DNA from: a virus
Lineage: Duplodnaviria; Heunggongvirae; Uroviricota; Caudoviricetes
Length of the DNA: 24,982 bases
Direction: 5' to 3' (one strand)
IMG/VR virus record: IMGVR_UViG_3300029508_000048
Location: 1 to 24,982 of that record
This document shows, piece after piece, positions 16,274 through 24,432 of the stretch (positions are counted from its first letter, which is position 1; every line of letters begins with the position of its first letter). The translations under genes were made by a program, and so were the position numbers. The notes under the pieces are model-generated. The model saw only the letters and a list, made by a program, of their open reading frames with translations, did not search any database and had not been told where the DNA came from.

Positions 16274-16365
16274 TATAATAATCTTACTGATGTAAAACGT
16301 TTTTTTACGCTCATCAGCCTGATATGCCTGGTATTATTAAGAGCACGAATTGTTAACCCGCGTAA

Positions 16366-16722
16366 TTAATACAGGTTTCGCCACTTATCATCTTCCTGCA
16401 AACGCTGGTTCCGATAGAAGATACGCAGGCCTGCTCCTGACGGAATACTGCCGCCGCGAAGCAGTAAATCGACCTCTTTCTCGCTGCCATCAAATCCCCT
16501 TGACTTCAGTTCATACACGAGCTGCAGTCGCTGATGGTCTGTAATTCGCTGTTTGTAGTCTTTACGACGTTTCGGTTTAACCAGGCGTAACCTTGCTACC
16601 AGTTCCCGGCACTCTTTTTTGCTCAGACTGTGCAGGTATTCGTGCAACTCTTTGTCATCCATGCGGGTGATATCCGTTCTGGTATCTCCATCAGCTGATT
16701 TGTTTTTCTCCTGTTGGTTCAA
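16366..16722 (-). CDS. Hypothetical basic protein downstream of A
   Basis: 118-aa ORF (TTG at 16722, or ATG at 16662); Lys/Arg-rich, plausible composition; function unknown. Confidence 0.45.
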   Translation of the reverse strand: MNQQEKNKSADGDTRTDITRMDDKELHEYLHSLSKKECRELVARLRLVKPKRRKDYKQRITDHQRLQLVYELKSRGFDGSEKEVDLLLRGGSIPSGAGLRIFYRNQRLQEDDKWRNLY

Positions 16723-16730
16723 ATTTTCAG

Positions 16731-16815
16731 CAAGGGGACAGTTATTGCCACGAGTCCAAGGGGACAGTTATTGCCACGAGTCCAAGGGGACAGTTATTGC
16801 CACGAGTCCAAGGGG
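16731..16815. repeat. Tandem direct repeat, 3 copies of 26 bp plus a partial fourth, at the 3' end of gene A
   Basis: CAAGGGGACAGTTATTGCCACGAGTC at 16731-16756, 16757-16782, 16783-16808, then CAAGGGG at 16809-16815. Confidence 0.9.
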
Positions 16816-18859
16816 CGCAAGCGCCCTGGTCGGCTGCCGCCTCCTGAACGTCAACGGCCTTACGGGCCTTTTTCCACTTCATCGCGTGCGTGCAAATCTT
16901 GCCCTCTATAATCGGGGACCAGATGCCATAGATACGGATACCGTGATCGCCGTAAGCGCTCGGTTCGTCGTTAAGCTCATAAGCCGTGCGGACAAGGTGA
17001 TGTTTGCGGGGAACCAGTACACCGCCCTGCTTCATGATGTAAGTGGCAAAGCAACCCGCATCTGCAGCTGCCAGTACCGCATCCAGACGCGGATTATCCA
17101 GTACCGGTGCACCCGCTTTGCGTTCGCCCTGCACTCTCGCCGCCTGACCAGCCAGCAAGCGCAGCTCACGGTATGCCTGACGCCCCGGGATACCAAAGAA
17201 ACGGAATTGCTGGACACGGTGCAGTGACGCCCAGGCACAGACATGCTCGGCGCTGTCACGCAATGATCTGCCGGTTTCTTTGCTGATTTCTTTAGCCAGC
17301 CCGCGCCCGTCGATGTTCTTACTGATGTATTTGGCGATGTAGCTGGTCGGTGTACCCTTGCGCGGGTTGATTAGCTCGGACTTGAAGCGCGGGCCGGTAT
17401 TGGTGCCCAGTTCCTCGCGGTCTTCACGGATGGCGAACTTACGCAGCAGCGCGGTGATGGAACGACGGTCTTTTTTGCGCATAAAGCACAGAAGATGCCA
17501 GTGCACGGTGCCGTCATGGTGCGGCTCTGCAACGCGGACGCCGTACCAGCGCAATCCGGCCTTGTGCATGGCCTTGCGGAAAGCGGCGAACGTATCAACC
17601 AGATAATCACTGCTCTGCCGGACAGTGGCACTGGTCCACTTCGGATTAGGTCTGCCGTTGTTGAGGGTTGCGTGGAAGCGTGACGGGCAGGTGATGGTAT
17701 AGAACACCGCGCAGTCTCCGCGCATTTCCGCTATCAGTTCCAGCCCCTTAACACAGGTCATCATTTCATTACGGCGGTGTGCCGGGTTACTGTTGCTGGC
17801 GTTCACTACATCTTCCATGTCCAGCGTGTCGCCGTCTTCATTGACCAGCTCATGCGAGCGGAAGAACTCCAACGATTTGCGACGCTGCTCGCGTTTGTGT
17901 ATCACGGCTTCATAACTGACATACGGGGACGCTTTCTTGTTGACCAGACAGACGGCGCGCATCTGCTCCTCCCGCCACTCGCAGCGCATCTGCCACAATT
18001 TGCGATACCACCAGTCCGCGCACAGCATGCGCGCCAGCGACGGTGGGATCAGTTCATAAGGCACTGGCTTGCGACGGCGCTTTTTGCGGCGCAACTTCTC
18101 AAAGGCAGGCGGAATGACCTCAAGGCGCATGGCTTCTGCAGCAACCCTTTCCCACGCCTGGCGGATTTCTTCTGGTTTAACATCGTCACTGACAAACAGA
18201 TCACCGCAAGCCGCATCAAGACACATGCTCATATGTGCCGCAACCAGCGTGGAAAGGCGCTTGACCTGATCCTGATTCATTTCAGGAAGTACCAGCAATC
18301 CCTCCAGCCCGTCCTGGCTCGCCATGAATCGGAAAGATGCAGACACCTGGCTGTCACGCACTCGCTCCAGCCGCTCAAAACAAGGCCTGATTGTTTCGCG
18401 CAGATAACGGGAATAAGCTTTAGCCCTGCCTAGGCTATTGAAGTATTTAATCCGCTCTAACAGAGGCTTGCTGATATGGGCAGGCATGGCGCTTACATCG
18501 GCAATAATCACCAAATCGGGATTAACGCGCTGCTGCTCGCGGGCCATTCTGGCATGGCTAATCAGCCGATCCTGCTCTATTTCACGCTGGACAGGATCGC
18601 GGGATTCATTGAAGAAATAACGTTCCCACACCTCATCACTCAGCGCCTCACGGCGCAGATGCTCCTGCTCGTTATCTGCAGCGTACAGAGTGATGAGGTT
18701 TGAAAGCGCAGACTCAGGCGCAAATTCCGCCGGGTCCAAATACGGGTTAACCGCTTTTTTTGGGGTATTCCATGGAAAGGCCACGGCGGTCACAATCGGA
18801 CCGCCTTTATCTTTTAGTAGCTCAGACATCACTGGAAGACTCCAAAGCTCACAAAGCAC
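16742..18859 (-). CDS. A: Replication initiation protein A (rolling-circle endonuclease, P2/186 gpA-like)
   Basis: 705-aa ORF containing the YIAKYISK active-site tyrosine motif typical of gpA/phiX174-A initiators. True start may be a few codons in (MSELLKDKG). Confidence 0.9.
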   Translation of the reverse strand: MLCELWSLPVMSELLKDKGGPIVTAVAFPWNTPKKAVNPYLDPAEFAPESALSNLITLYAADNEQEHLRREALSDEVWERYFFNESRDPVQREIEQDRLISHARMAREQQRVNPDLVIIADVSAMPAHISKPLLERIKYFNSLGRAKAYSRYLRETIRPCFERLERVRDSQVSASFRFMASQDGLEGLLVLPEMNQDQVKRLSTLVAAHMSMCLDAACGDLFVSDDVKPEEIRQAWERVAAEAMRLEVIPPAFEKLRRKKRRRKPVPYELIPPSLARMLCADWWYRKLWQMRCEWREEQMRAVCLVNKKASPYVSYEAVIHKREQRRKSLEFFRSHELVNEDGDTLDMEDVVNASNSNPAHRRNEMMTCVKGLELIAEMRGDCAVFYTITCPSRFHATLNNGRPNPKWTSATVRQSSDYLVDTFAAFRKAMHKAGLRWYGVRVAEPHHDGTVHWHLLCFMRKKDRRSITALLRKFAIREDREELGTNTGPRFKSELINPRKGTPTSYIAKYISKNIDGRGLAKEISKETGRSLRDSAEHVCAWASLHRVQQFRFFGIPGRQAYRELRLLAGQAARVQGERKAGAPVLDNPRLDAVLAAADAGCFATYIMKQGGVLVPRKHHLVRTAYELNDEPSAYGDHGIRIYGIWSPIIEGKICTHAMKWKKARKAVDVQEAAADQGACAPWTRGNNCPLGLVAITVPLDSWQ

Positions 18860-19076
18860 CTCGGGTGTAGTGCATCCCTTTCAGCTCTGCTATTTCCTTA
18901 CAGGTGACGCAGAGATCACAGCCCGGCACTGCAGCACGGCGCTGTTCCGGGATGACGATTCCGCAACACTCACACTCCAGAGAAGAAGCCCCAGTCTTTC
19001 GGCTGCGAGCTGTTTGGATATGGCGCTGACGTTCTTCTTCAACGCGCTGTTGCACGAGGTCCATTGAATCAGCCAT
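18849..19076 (-). CDS. DksA/TraR-family C4 zinc-finger protein
   Basis: 75-aa ORF with CECCG...C..C cysteine pairs; conserved small gene upstream of A in P2-like phages. Confidence 0.7.
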   Translation of the reverse strand: MADSMDLVQQRVEEERQRHIQTARSRKTGASSLECECCGIVIPEQRRAAVPGCDLCVTCKEIAELKGMHYTRGAL

Positions 19077-19309
19077 CAGTGGATCTCCTGCGCTTCGTTC
19101 TGAATGTTTTCAGCCGCAATACGCAGCAGCTCTGCCGCTTCAACGTGGTTAAGCTGGCGTGACGTGATATGGCAAGCCAGGCTATCAAGACGGGCTGCCA
19201 TTGCTGAGGCACGTGCCCGGCGTTCTTCCATGCGTGCATCAGTCAGCAATTGGTTAAGTCCAGCATCATCTGGTCCGGATTTGGTGATACGGATTTCAAT
19301 ATTTCGCAT
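19076..19309 (-). CDS. Hypothetical early protein
   Basis: 77-aa ORF, ATG at 19309 with AGGAG RBS. Confidence 0.55.
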   Translation of the reverse strand: MRNIEIRITKSGPDDAGLNQLLTDARMEERRARASAMAARLDSLACHITSRQLNHVEAAELLRIAAENIQNEAQEIH

Positions 19310-19376
19310 AGTTGTTTCTCCTGAATTTGGGCAATAAGAAACCCTGCGGGTTTACGCCATTAATTTCTGTTTTGGA

Positions 19377-19718
19377 TTAATTCGGCATGGTTAGCCGTTT
19401 TGGAAATAAGCTCACCACTGCACGAAAATGATTCATTGCTTTAATCAGTTCCCGCTTTTCGTCAGTAGTCAGATCACTAATATTGACGCTATGACGTTCT
19501 GCCGGAATTTTTGCCATATAAAATATGGCTGCCAATGCCCTCACATTTTGTTTATTGTTAACGTCCCTTTGGTTGCGCATATCTTCAATGAACCTTTCAA
19601 GCTCCGACTCAATATTCAGGCCAAACACTTTTGCGCGTAATTCTGCAATATGGTTCAGTCCGTCCAGGCGTTTACCGGGGCTTAATGGGACAGTCACCAC
19701 AGCGCCTTCAATAGCCAT
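19377..19718 (-). CDS. Hypothetical early protein
   Basis: Track ORF 19377..19730 has a GTG start; ATG at 19718 with G-rich RBS preferred. Confidence 0.5.
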   Translation of the reverse strand: MAIEGAVVTVPLSPGKRLDGLNHIAELRAKVFGLNIESELERFIEDMRNQRDVNNKQNVRALAAIFYMAKIPAERHSVNISDLTTDEKRELIKAMNHFRAVVSLFPKRLTMPN

Positions 19719-19797
19719 AAATTCCCCCACTGGTCACTTACTACTCCTTCTCTGATATGATTTTCCGATGCAACGAGATAACTCAGAGGGTGTACCA

Positions 19798-20046
19798 ATG
19801 TTGAACCTGGTTGAGAAGGAACGGATCGAGCAGCTTGAAAATGAAATTGCGCGACTGCGAGAGGATGTTGAGATGCAACAAATCCTGCTGTCTGGCTTAC
19901 TACACAGTGTGCTACGAGGAGAATCATCGAATCAGTCAGCATTTTTAAACATCCTTCGTGAAGAATTAAACAAATTGCCGCCAGGCTCACTCAAACGTCA
20001 GGAATTCACCTACAAACTTCAGGAGCTAATAGAGCGTTACCGATAA
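19798..20046 (+). CDS. Small coiled-coil protein encoded opposite to the early operon (possible moron or regulator)
   Basis: Track ORF 19768..20046. Internal ATG at 19798 has a GAGGG RBS; heptad-like charged sequence (EKERIEQLENEIARLREDVEMQQ). Confidence 0.4.
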   Translation: MLNLVEKERIEQLENEIARLREDVEMQQILLSGLLHSVLRGESSNQSAFLNILREELNKLPPGSLKRQEFTYKLQELIERYR

Positions 20047-20261
20047 GTTTGTTGGCGATACTGTTCAAGAGGTGATGTGCTTTTCCGCATCACTTCCTGA
20101 ACCCGTTCCCCCCGAAAGAATGTCCCATCTCGCAACGTAAAATAGTAACTACCATCACCCGAAAGAGACGGATAACAACTTGCAAACTCGTCCTCATGAA
20201 TTGAATACTTTTCGCCCTTATGGAAGAACTGGTAAAACACACCTTCTGTAGCTTGCGCCAT
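20037..20261 (-). CDS. Hypothetical early protein (74 aa); overlaps the alternative 20090..20425 frame
   Basis: ATG at 20261 with GGGGA RBS; globular-looking composition. Confidence 0.35.
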   Translation of the reverse strand: MAQATEGVFYQFFHKGEKYSIHEDEFASCYPSLSGDGSYYFTLRDGTFFRGERVQEVMRKSTSPLEQYRQQTYR

Positions 20262-20425
20262 GATTTCCCCTTTTTGGTTGTAGACAATTCATCCAGAAGC
20301 GCATTCTGAGTACGGCACAGGTGCCAGCGCTTGCCATCCTTCCCCATAATCCAGCCATGACCGCAGTGCATTGCCGGGCTTTGCCTCACCAATAGTGATG
20401 CAAATGAAGGTTCTTTCGTCAGCAT
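20090..20425 (-). CDS. Hypothetical early protein starting just after the cII-like gene; C-terminal half possibly out of frame
   Basis: ATG 20425 preceded by GAGGTG, 8 nt after the upstream stop. N-terminal about 55 aa look protein-like; the remainder overlaps the 74-aa frame and looks less so. Confidence 0.35.
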   Translation of the reverse strand: MLTKEPSFASLLVRQSPAMHCGHGWIMGKDGKRWHLCRTQNALLDELSTTKKGKSWRKLQKVCFTSSSIRAKSIQFMRTSLQVVIRLFRVMVVTILRCEMGHSFGGNGFRK

Positions 20426-20432
20426 AACCACC

Positions 20433-20942
20433 TCAGATCAGACCGAACGAAGCACCGAGGCCCGTCACGGTATCTACTGCGCTTGCCATCGCTGGGTTAG
20501 CCTGCAAACGCGCCTGTAATGAAACTGCAGTCAGTGCCATCAAACGCGTAACTGAATTAATGCTGCTAATTACATCGCGGCGGCCTGCGGTAGTTTTCAC
20601 TTCACCAGAGACGGCACCTGCAGCAACACGACCTATTTCTGCGGTAGCGCTCATGACGTAATGCGGCAATTTCTCTTTTGCAACTTCGTTTACCGGAACA
20701 CATGGCAAGCAATGAATTTGCGCCAGAAACCCATCAACTAATGTGGAGTCTTCGGTGAGATCGGTTAGCAGCCATATGTCTGGCGCCGTGAGCTGGTGCG
20801 GTTGCTCCGGGTTGAGCTTATTGCGCAGGGTTTGGACGTTCATGCCTGCAAGTTCTGCCAGCTTCGCCATGTTGTGCCGTAAAGCAAAAGCCCGACAGGC
20901 ATCATGGAAATGCGGATGTTTTGATATGCGATAGTCAAACAT
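20433..20942 (-). CDS. CII-like helix-turn-helix regulator (186 CII-type; alternatively P2 B-like)
   Basis: 169-aa ORF immediately downstream of the apl/cox-like gene with HTH-like AKLAELAGMNVQTLRNKLN. Size and position match what I recall for 186 CII. Confidence 0.5.
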   Translation of the reverse strand: MFDYRISKHPHFHDACRAFALRHNMAKLAELAGMNVQTLRNKLNPEQPHQLTAPDIWLLTDLTEDSTLVDGFLAQIHCLPCVPVNEVAKEKLPHYVMSATAEIGRVAAGAVSGEVKTTAGRRDVISSINSVTRLMALTAVSLQARLQANPAMASAVDTVTGLGASFGLI

Positions 20943-20974
20943 AGTCAGTTGCTCCGTGAAGTCTCAGAATGGAA

Positions 20975-21196
20975 CTAGTTGATAGTCACATTGCAATCAG
21001 AAAGAGCATCGACCGTCATCGCAGCGATGTTAATCATCACTTTTTCACGCTTTTTGTCCTTGCGTAGGCGATGACGAAGCAATCGCCCATCCGCAAGCAT
21101 GTCGTTGATTGTGTCGATAGATAACCCAGTGAGTTCACTATATCTTTCAATAGTGACGTGGGGGGTGATGAGAGTGATTGAAATGTTAGGTCTCAT
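20975..21196 (-). CDS. Apl/Cox-like excisionase and lytic-switch repressor
   Basis: Track ORF starts at TTG 21220; ATG 21196 (MRPNISITL...) preferred. Small HTH protein (YSELTGLSIDTINDMLADGRL) divergent from cI. Confidence 0.6.
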   Translation of the reverse strand: MRPNISITLITPHVTIERYSELTGLSIDTINDMLADGRLLRHRLRKDKKREKVMINIAAMTVDALSDCNVTIN

Positions 21197-21321
21197 GATG
21201 CAACATTCCTCGTTTAGCAATGATTAATCAGGATGAATACTGATCGTTTGTATTTTGTGAACACGATAAACATACGATCACATCATGAAATCGTCAAGAT
21301 AAAAGTTCACCTGGAGTGACC
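21197..21321. promoter_or_regulatory. Immunity switch region between the apl/cox-like gene and cI
   Basis: 125-bp AT-rich intergenic region between divergent regulator genes; 7-bp inverted repeat TGATCGT (21241-21247) / ACGATCA (21274-21280). Confidence 0.5.
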
Positions 21322-21888
21322 ATGAATTTGGAAAAAGGCGGCCGTGGTGCCATAGAGCGTATGGTTGAAGCCTATGGCTTCAAGACAAGACAAGCTTTGT
21401 GCGACCATTTAGGGATTTCAAAGAGTACTTTGGCGACACGCTATATGCGCGACTCCTTCCCTGCGGAATGGGTTATTCAGTGCGCCTTAGAGACAGGTAC
21501 GTCATTGAGCTGGCTGACTAATGGCTACGGAATCAAAGAGGGTTCACAAAATGAAAACACCAAAGAACTTCCGCTAAAAATTCTCTATGATGGTGAACTT
21601 TGTCCTGAAGGGTCTTATGTTTTTGATGTAAATTTTCTACCTAAAGCTCTAAAAAATCCGATGGTTGTTGTTGTTGATAGTTCCAAATACATTTGTGATA
21701 TTGATTATGATGATGTCCGTGATGGAAAATGGATTGTTAATATTGATGGTGAAATATCAATGAGAACAATTACACGCTTGCCTGGCAGGCGCCTTCATGT
21801 GGAAGGTGGTATATCTCCTTTCGAATGCGCGTTAGAAGATATAATAATGATCGCAAAAATCGTGATGGCATGTCTTGAATATAAATAA
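21322..21888 (+). CDS. cI: CI immunity repressor (186 CI-type)
   Basis: ATG 21322 with GGAG 5 nt upstream (track starts at GTG 21316). N-terminal HTH-like region (LCDHLGISKSTLATRYMRDSFPAEW), C-terminal domain, about 190 aa as recalled for 186 CI. Confidence 0.8.
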   Translation: MNLEKGGRGAIERMVEAYGFKTRQALCDHLGISKSTLATRYMRDSFPAEWVIQCALETGTSLSWLTNGYGIKEGSQNENTKELPLKILYDGELCPEGSYVFDVNFLPKALKNPMVVVVDSSKYICDIDYDDVRDGKWIVNIDGEISMRTITRLPGRRLHVEGGISPFECALEDIIMIAKIVMACLEYK

Positions 21889-21934
21889 AACTTAAATTTT
21901 AGCAAAATAAATCACGTGAACGAGGAGCTAATTA

Positions 21935-23191
21935 ATGGATGAATGTATAGTCGAGATGTTATTAATAGTGAATAAAGATACTTCCTTTGGACGCTCTCCG
22001 TCAGCCTATAAAAAAATAATTGAGGCCAGTGAGGAAGTCATATTTTCACCAAAAGAATTAAAATTCAAAGAACAGTCATTTAAATATGATATATCAGAAT
22101 ATGGAAGCAATAAAGAAACTATCTCTGTAAAATTAACACTAAACGACGTTAGTGAAGATAATTTAATCACTTTCTCAAGATTAACCAGACTCTTCAAAAA
22201 AATATCTAGCGAAAGTAATTTAGGTAGCACTCAAATTATTTGGGATGATATAAGCAAATATTACTCAATTCAGGCTTATCCATTAATCCATGAAATTGAA
22301 AACTTAATGAGAAAATTAATAACAAAATTCATGATACATAACGTTGGATTGTCTTGGACAAAAGATTCAGTGCCGAAGGAATTTTCAGAAGCATTGAAAA
22401 AATCCGAAAAAAACACAGAATATAATGAACATAATTTAATGTATCAAGTTGACTTTATTGAACTTTCTGACTTTATATTCAAATCTTACCGAGAGATTGA
22501 AATAACAGATTTGATCCGAAAATTAACCCCGCTTGAATTTAAAGACATTAATGCTGATATATTCTCAGAATTGAAAAAAATCGTTCCCAGAACAAACTGG
22601 GAAAAATTCTTTGAGTCAAACATCGAAGCAAATGCTGACACTATAATAAAAAATTGGAGTATTTTATATCGACTCAGATGCAAAGTTGCTCATAATAGAG
22701 ATTTTACTAAACAAGATCTTGATGAAGTAATTCGCCTTACAAATACACTGAGTCCAATACTAAAAAAAGCAATTGAAAAAACCGAGACTCTGACTATTGA
22801 TCCGAAGGAAAAAGAAGAATTAACATCCCAGTTTGAGAATGAGTTTTCTAACAATACTAAAAGTGATGAAGAATTATTCAAAGACAGAGTGCTTGAATTA
22901 TATCTACAAATAAGACATTTATATCAACTTACACATTCAAACAGTGAAAATATTAATAGCTATTACAAAGTAATACAAACAACATTCCAAAATGTTTTGC
23001 ATGACGAAAAGTTCAATGCCGAAGACGTAATGAATTTAATTAATATCTCAACTAATGATGATGTTCTGAGAAAATGTGATAATTTCGAGATACATGATTT
23101 AATGAATATTTGCCATTCTATTAAAGAACTTGTTAATTTTAAAATATCAAGTTTTGAAGCTGGGTCAAATGAAGCAGTTAAAAATGAATGA
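21935..23191 (+). CDS. Hypothetical 418-aa protein inside the lysogenic cI-int operon; candidate abortive-infection/defence protein with an Rx4-6H (HEPN-like) motif
   Basis: Very AT-rich ORF with GAGGAG RBS; motif ILYRLRCKVAHNRDF near the middle; no TM segments; followed by a terminator. Confidence 0.7.
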   Translation: MDECIVEMLLIVNKDTSFGRSPSAYKKIIEASEEVIFSPKELKFKEQSFKYDISEYGSNKETISVKLTLNDVSEDNLITFSRLTRLFKKISSESNLGSTQIIWDDISKYYSIQAYPLIHEIENLMRKLITKFMIHNVGLSWTKDSVPKEFSEALKKSEKNTEYNEHNLMYQVDFIELSDFIFKSYREIEITDLIRKLTPLEFKDINADIFSELKKIVPRTNWEKFFESNIEANADTIIKNWSILYRLRCKVAHNRDFTKQDLDEVIRLTNTLSPILKKAIEKTETLTIDPKEKEELTSQFENEFSNNTKSDEELFKDRVLELYLQIRHLYQLTHSNSENINSYYKVIQTTFQNVLHDEKFNAEDVMNLINISTNDDVLRKCDNFEIHDLMNICHSIKELVNFKISSFEAGSNEAVKNE

Positions 23192-23250
23192 TAATGTTTT
23201 ATCTAATAGTTATCAAACATTGACCACTGTTCAAACATACAGTTAAATTT

Positions 23251-23275
23251 AGCCCTCAGACATGAGGGCTTTTTT
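23251..23275 (+). terminator. Rho-independent terminator between the 418-aa gene and int
   Basis: AGCCCTCA-GACA-TGAGGGCT hairpin followed by TTTTT that abuts the int ATG at 23276. Confidence 0.6.
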
Positions 23276-24328
23276 ATGGCAGTACGAAAACTCGACACAG
23301 GTAAATGGATATGCGAATGCTACCCCGCAGGTCGCAACGGACGCCGCATGCGTAGGCAATTCGCCACTAAAGGCGAGGCTCTGGCTTTCGAACGTCACAC
23401 TATGGAAGAAACAGAAGCAAAACCCTGGCTAGGCGAATCGGTAGACCGTCGGACTCTAAAAGACGTCGTTGAACTCTGGTTCAAGCTGCACGGCAAATCT
23501 CTGACTGCTGGCGAGCATGTTTACGACAAGCTGATCCTGATGGTCGATGCTCTCGGAAATCCCCTCGCCACTGATTTAACATCCAAAATGTTCGCGCACT
23601 ATCGCGATAAACGCCTGACAGGTGAAATCTACTTTAGCGAAAAATGGAAGAAAGGAGCCAGCCCGGTAACTATCAATCTTGAGCAAAGCTATATGAGCGG
23701 AGTGTTTAGCGAGTTGGCACGACTTGGAGAATGGACTGCACCAAACCCACTGGAGAACATGCGCAAATTCACCATCGCAGAAAAGGAGATGGCCTGGCTG
23801 ACTCATGAACAAATCACTGAGCTTTTGTGCGACTGCAAACGCCAAAGCCCCCTGCTCGCTCTGGTTGTCAAAATCTGTCTGAGTACCGGTGCCCGCTGGC
23901 GCGAAGCTGTAAATCTGACTCGTTCTCAGGTTACAAAATACCGGATCACATTTGTCAGGACTAAGGGCAAAAAGAACCGCAGCATTCCGATCAGCAAAGA
24001 GTTGTATGAGGAAATTATTGCCCTGGACGGCTTCAAGTTCTTTACTGACTGCTACTTCCAGTTTTTATCTGTGATGGAGAAAACTTCTATCGTGCTGCCG
24101 CGCGGTCAGCTTACCCACGTTCTGCGCCATACGTTTGCAGCACACTTTATGATGTCAGGCGGTAACATCCTTGCCCTACAGAAAATCCTTGGTCACCACG
24201 ACATAAAAATGACCATGCGCTATGCTCACCTAGCCCCTGATCACCTTGAAACAGCGCTGCGCTTTAACCCATTGGCAACCCTGCCAAATGGCGACAAAGT
24301 GGCGGCAGCGGTTGGCATTGCACCGTAA
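23276..24328 (+). CDS. int: Tyrosine integrase (P2/186 Int family)
   Basis: 350-aa ORF with C-terminal catalytic signature ...HVLRHTFAAHF...HHDIKMTMRYAHL (H-x-x-R ... Y); last prophage gene before the host flank. Confidence 0.9.
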   Translation: MAVRKLDTGKWICECYPAGRNGRRMRRQFATKGEALAFERHTMEETEAKPWLGESVDRRTLKDVVELWFKLHGKSLTAGEHVYDKLILMVDALGNPLATDLTSKMFAHYRDKRLTGEIYFSEKWKKGASPVTINLEQSYMSGVFSELARLGEWTAPNPLENMRKFTIAEKEMAWLTHEQITELLCDCKRQSPLLALVVKICLSTGARWREAVNLTRSQVTKYRITFVRTKGKKNRSIPISKELYEEIIALDGFKFFTDCYFQFLSVMEKTSIVLPRGQLTHVLRHTFAAHFMMSGGNILALQKILGHHDIKMTMRYAHLAPDHLETALRFNPLATLPNGDKVAAAVGIAP

Positions 24329-24387
24329 TCGCCACTCCTTATCACTAACCTAACTTATTGATTATCTTGCAACTCGTTGTTTTAATT

Positions 24388-24415
24388 AACCCATTTACAT
24401 AAATGGGTTTTTTGT
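24388..24415 (+). terminator. Rho-independent terminator downstream of int
   Basis: AACCCATTT-ACAT-AAATGGGTT hairpin followed by TTTTTGTT. Confidence 0.55.
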
Positions 24416-24432
24416 TATCTAAAACTTATCTA

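Noticed and set aside
16731-16815. Possible CRISPR array suggested by the regular 26-bp repeats
   Set aside because: The repeats are perfectly tandem with no intervening spacers, only about 3 copies, and lie inside a coding sequence.
17777-18433. 218-aa plus-strand ORF inside replication gene A
   Set aside because: Antisense to the A gene that carries the YIAKYISK active-site motif; composition not protein-like.
19694-19990. 98-aa minus-strand ORF overlapping the plus-strand coiled-coil ORF
   Set aside because: Sequence looks non-protein-like, and it overlaps a more plausible ORF and the start region of the 117-aa gene.
22006-22881. Small minus-strand ORFs (22006..22230, 22486..22683, 22690..22881) within the 418-aa gene
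   Set aside because: Phe/Leu/Ser-rich reverse-complement artefacts of an AT-rich coding region; no RBS.
24329-24432. Possible tRNA or tmRNA gene as integration target
   Set aside because: No cloverleaf-compatible arms, T-loop GTTC motif or CCA end in the 100-bp junction; the only structure is the int terminator hairpin.
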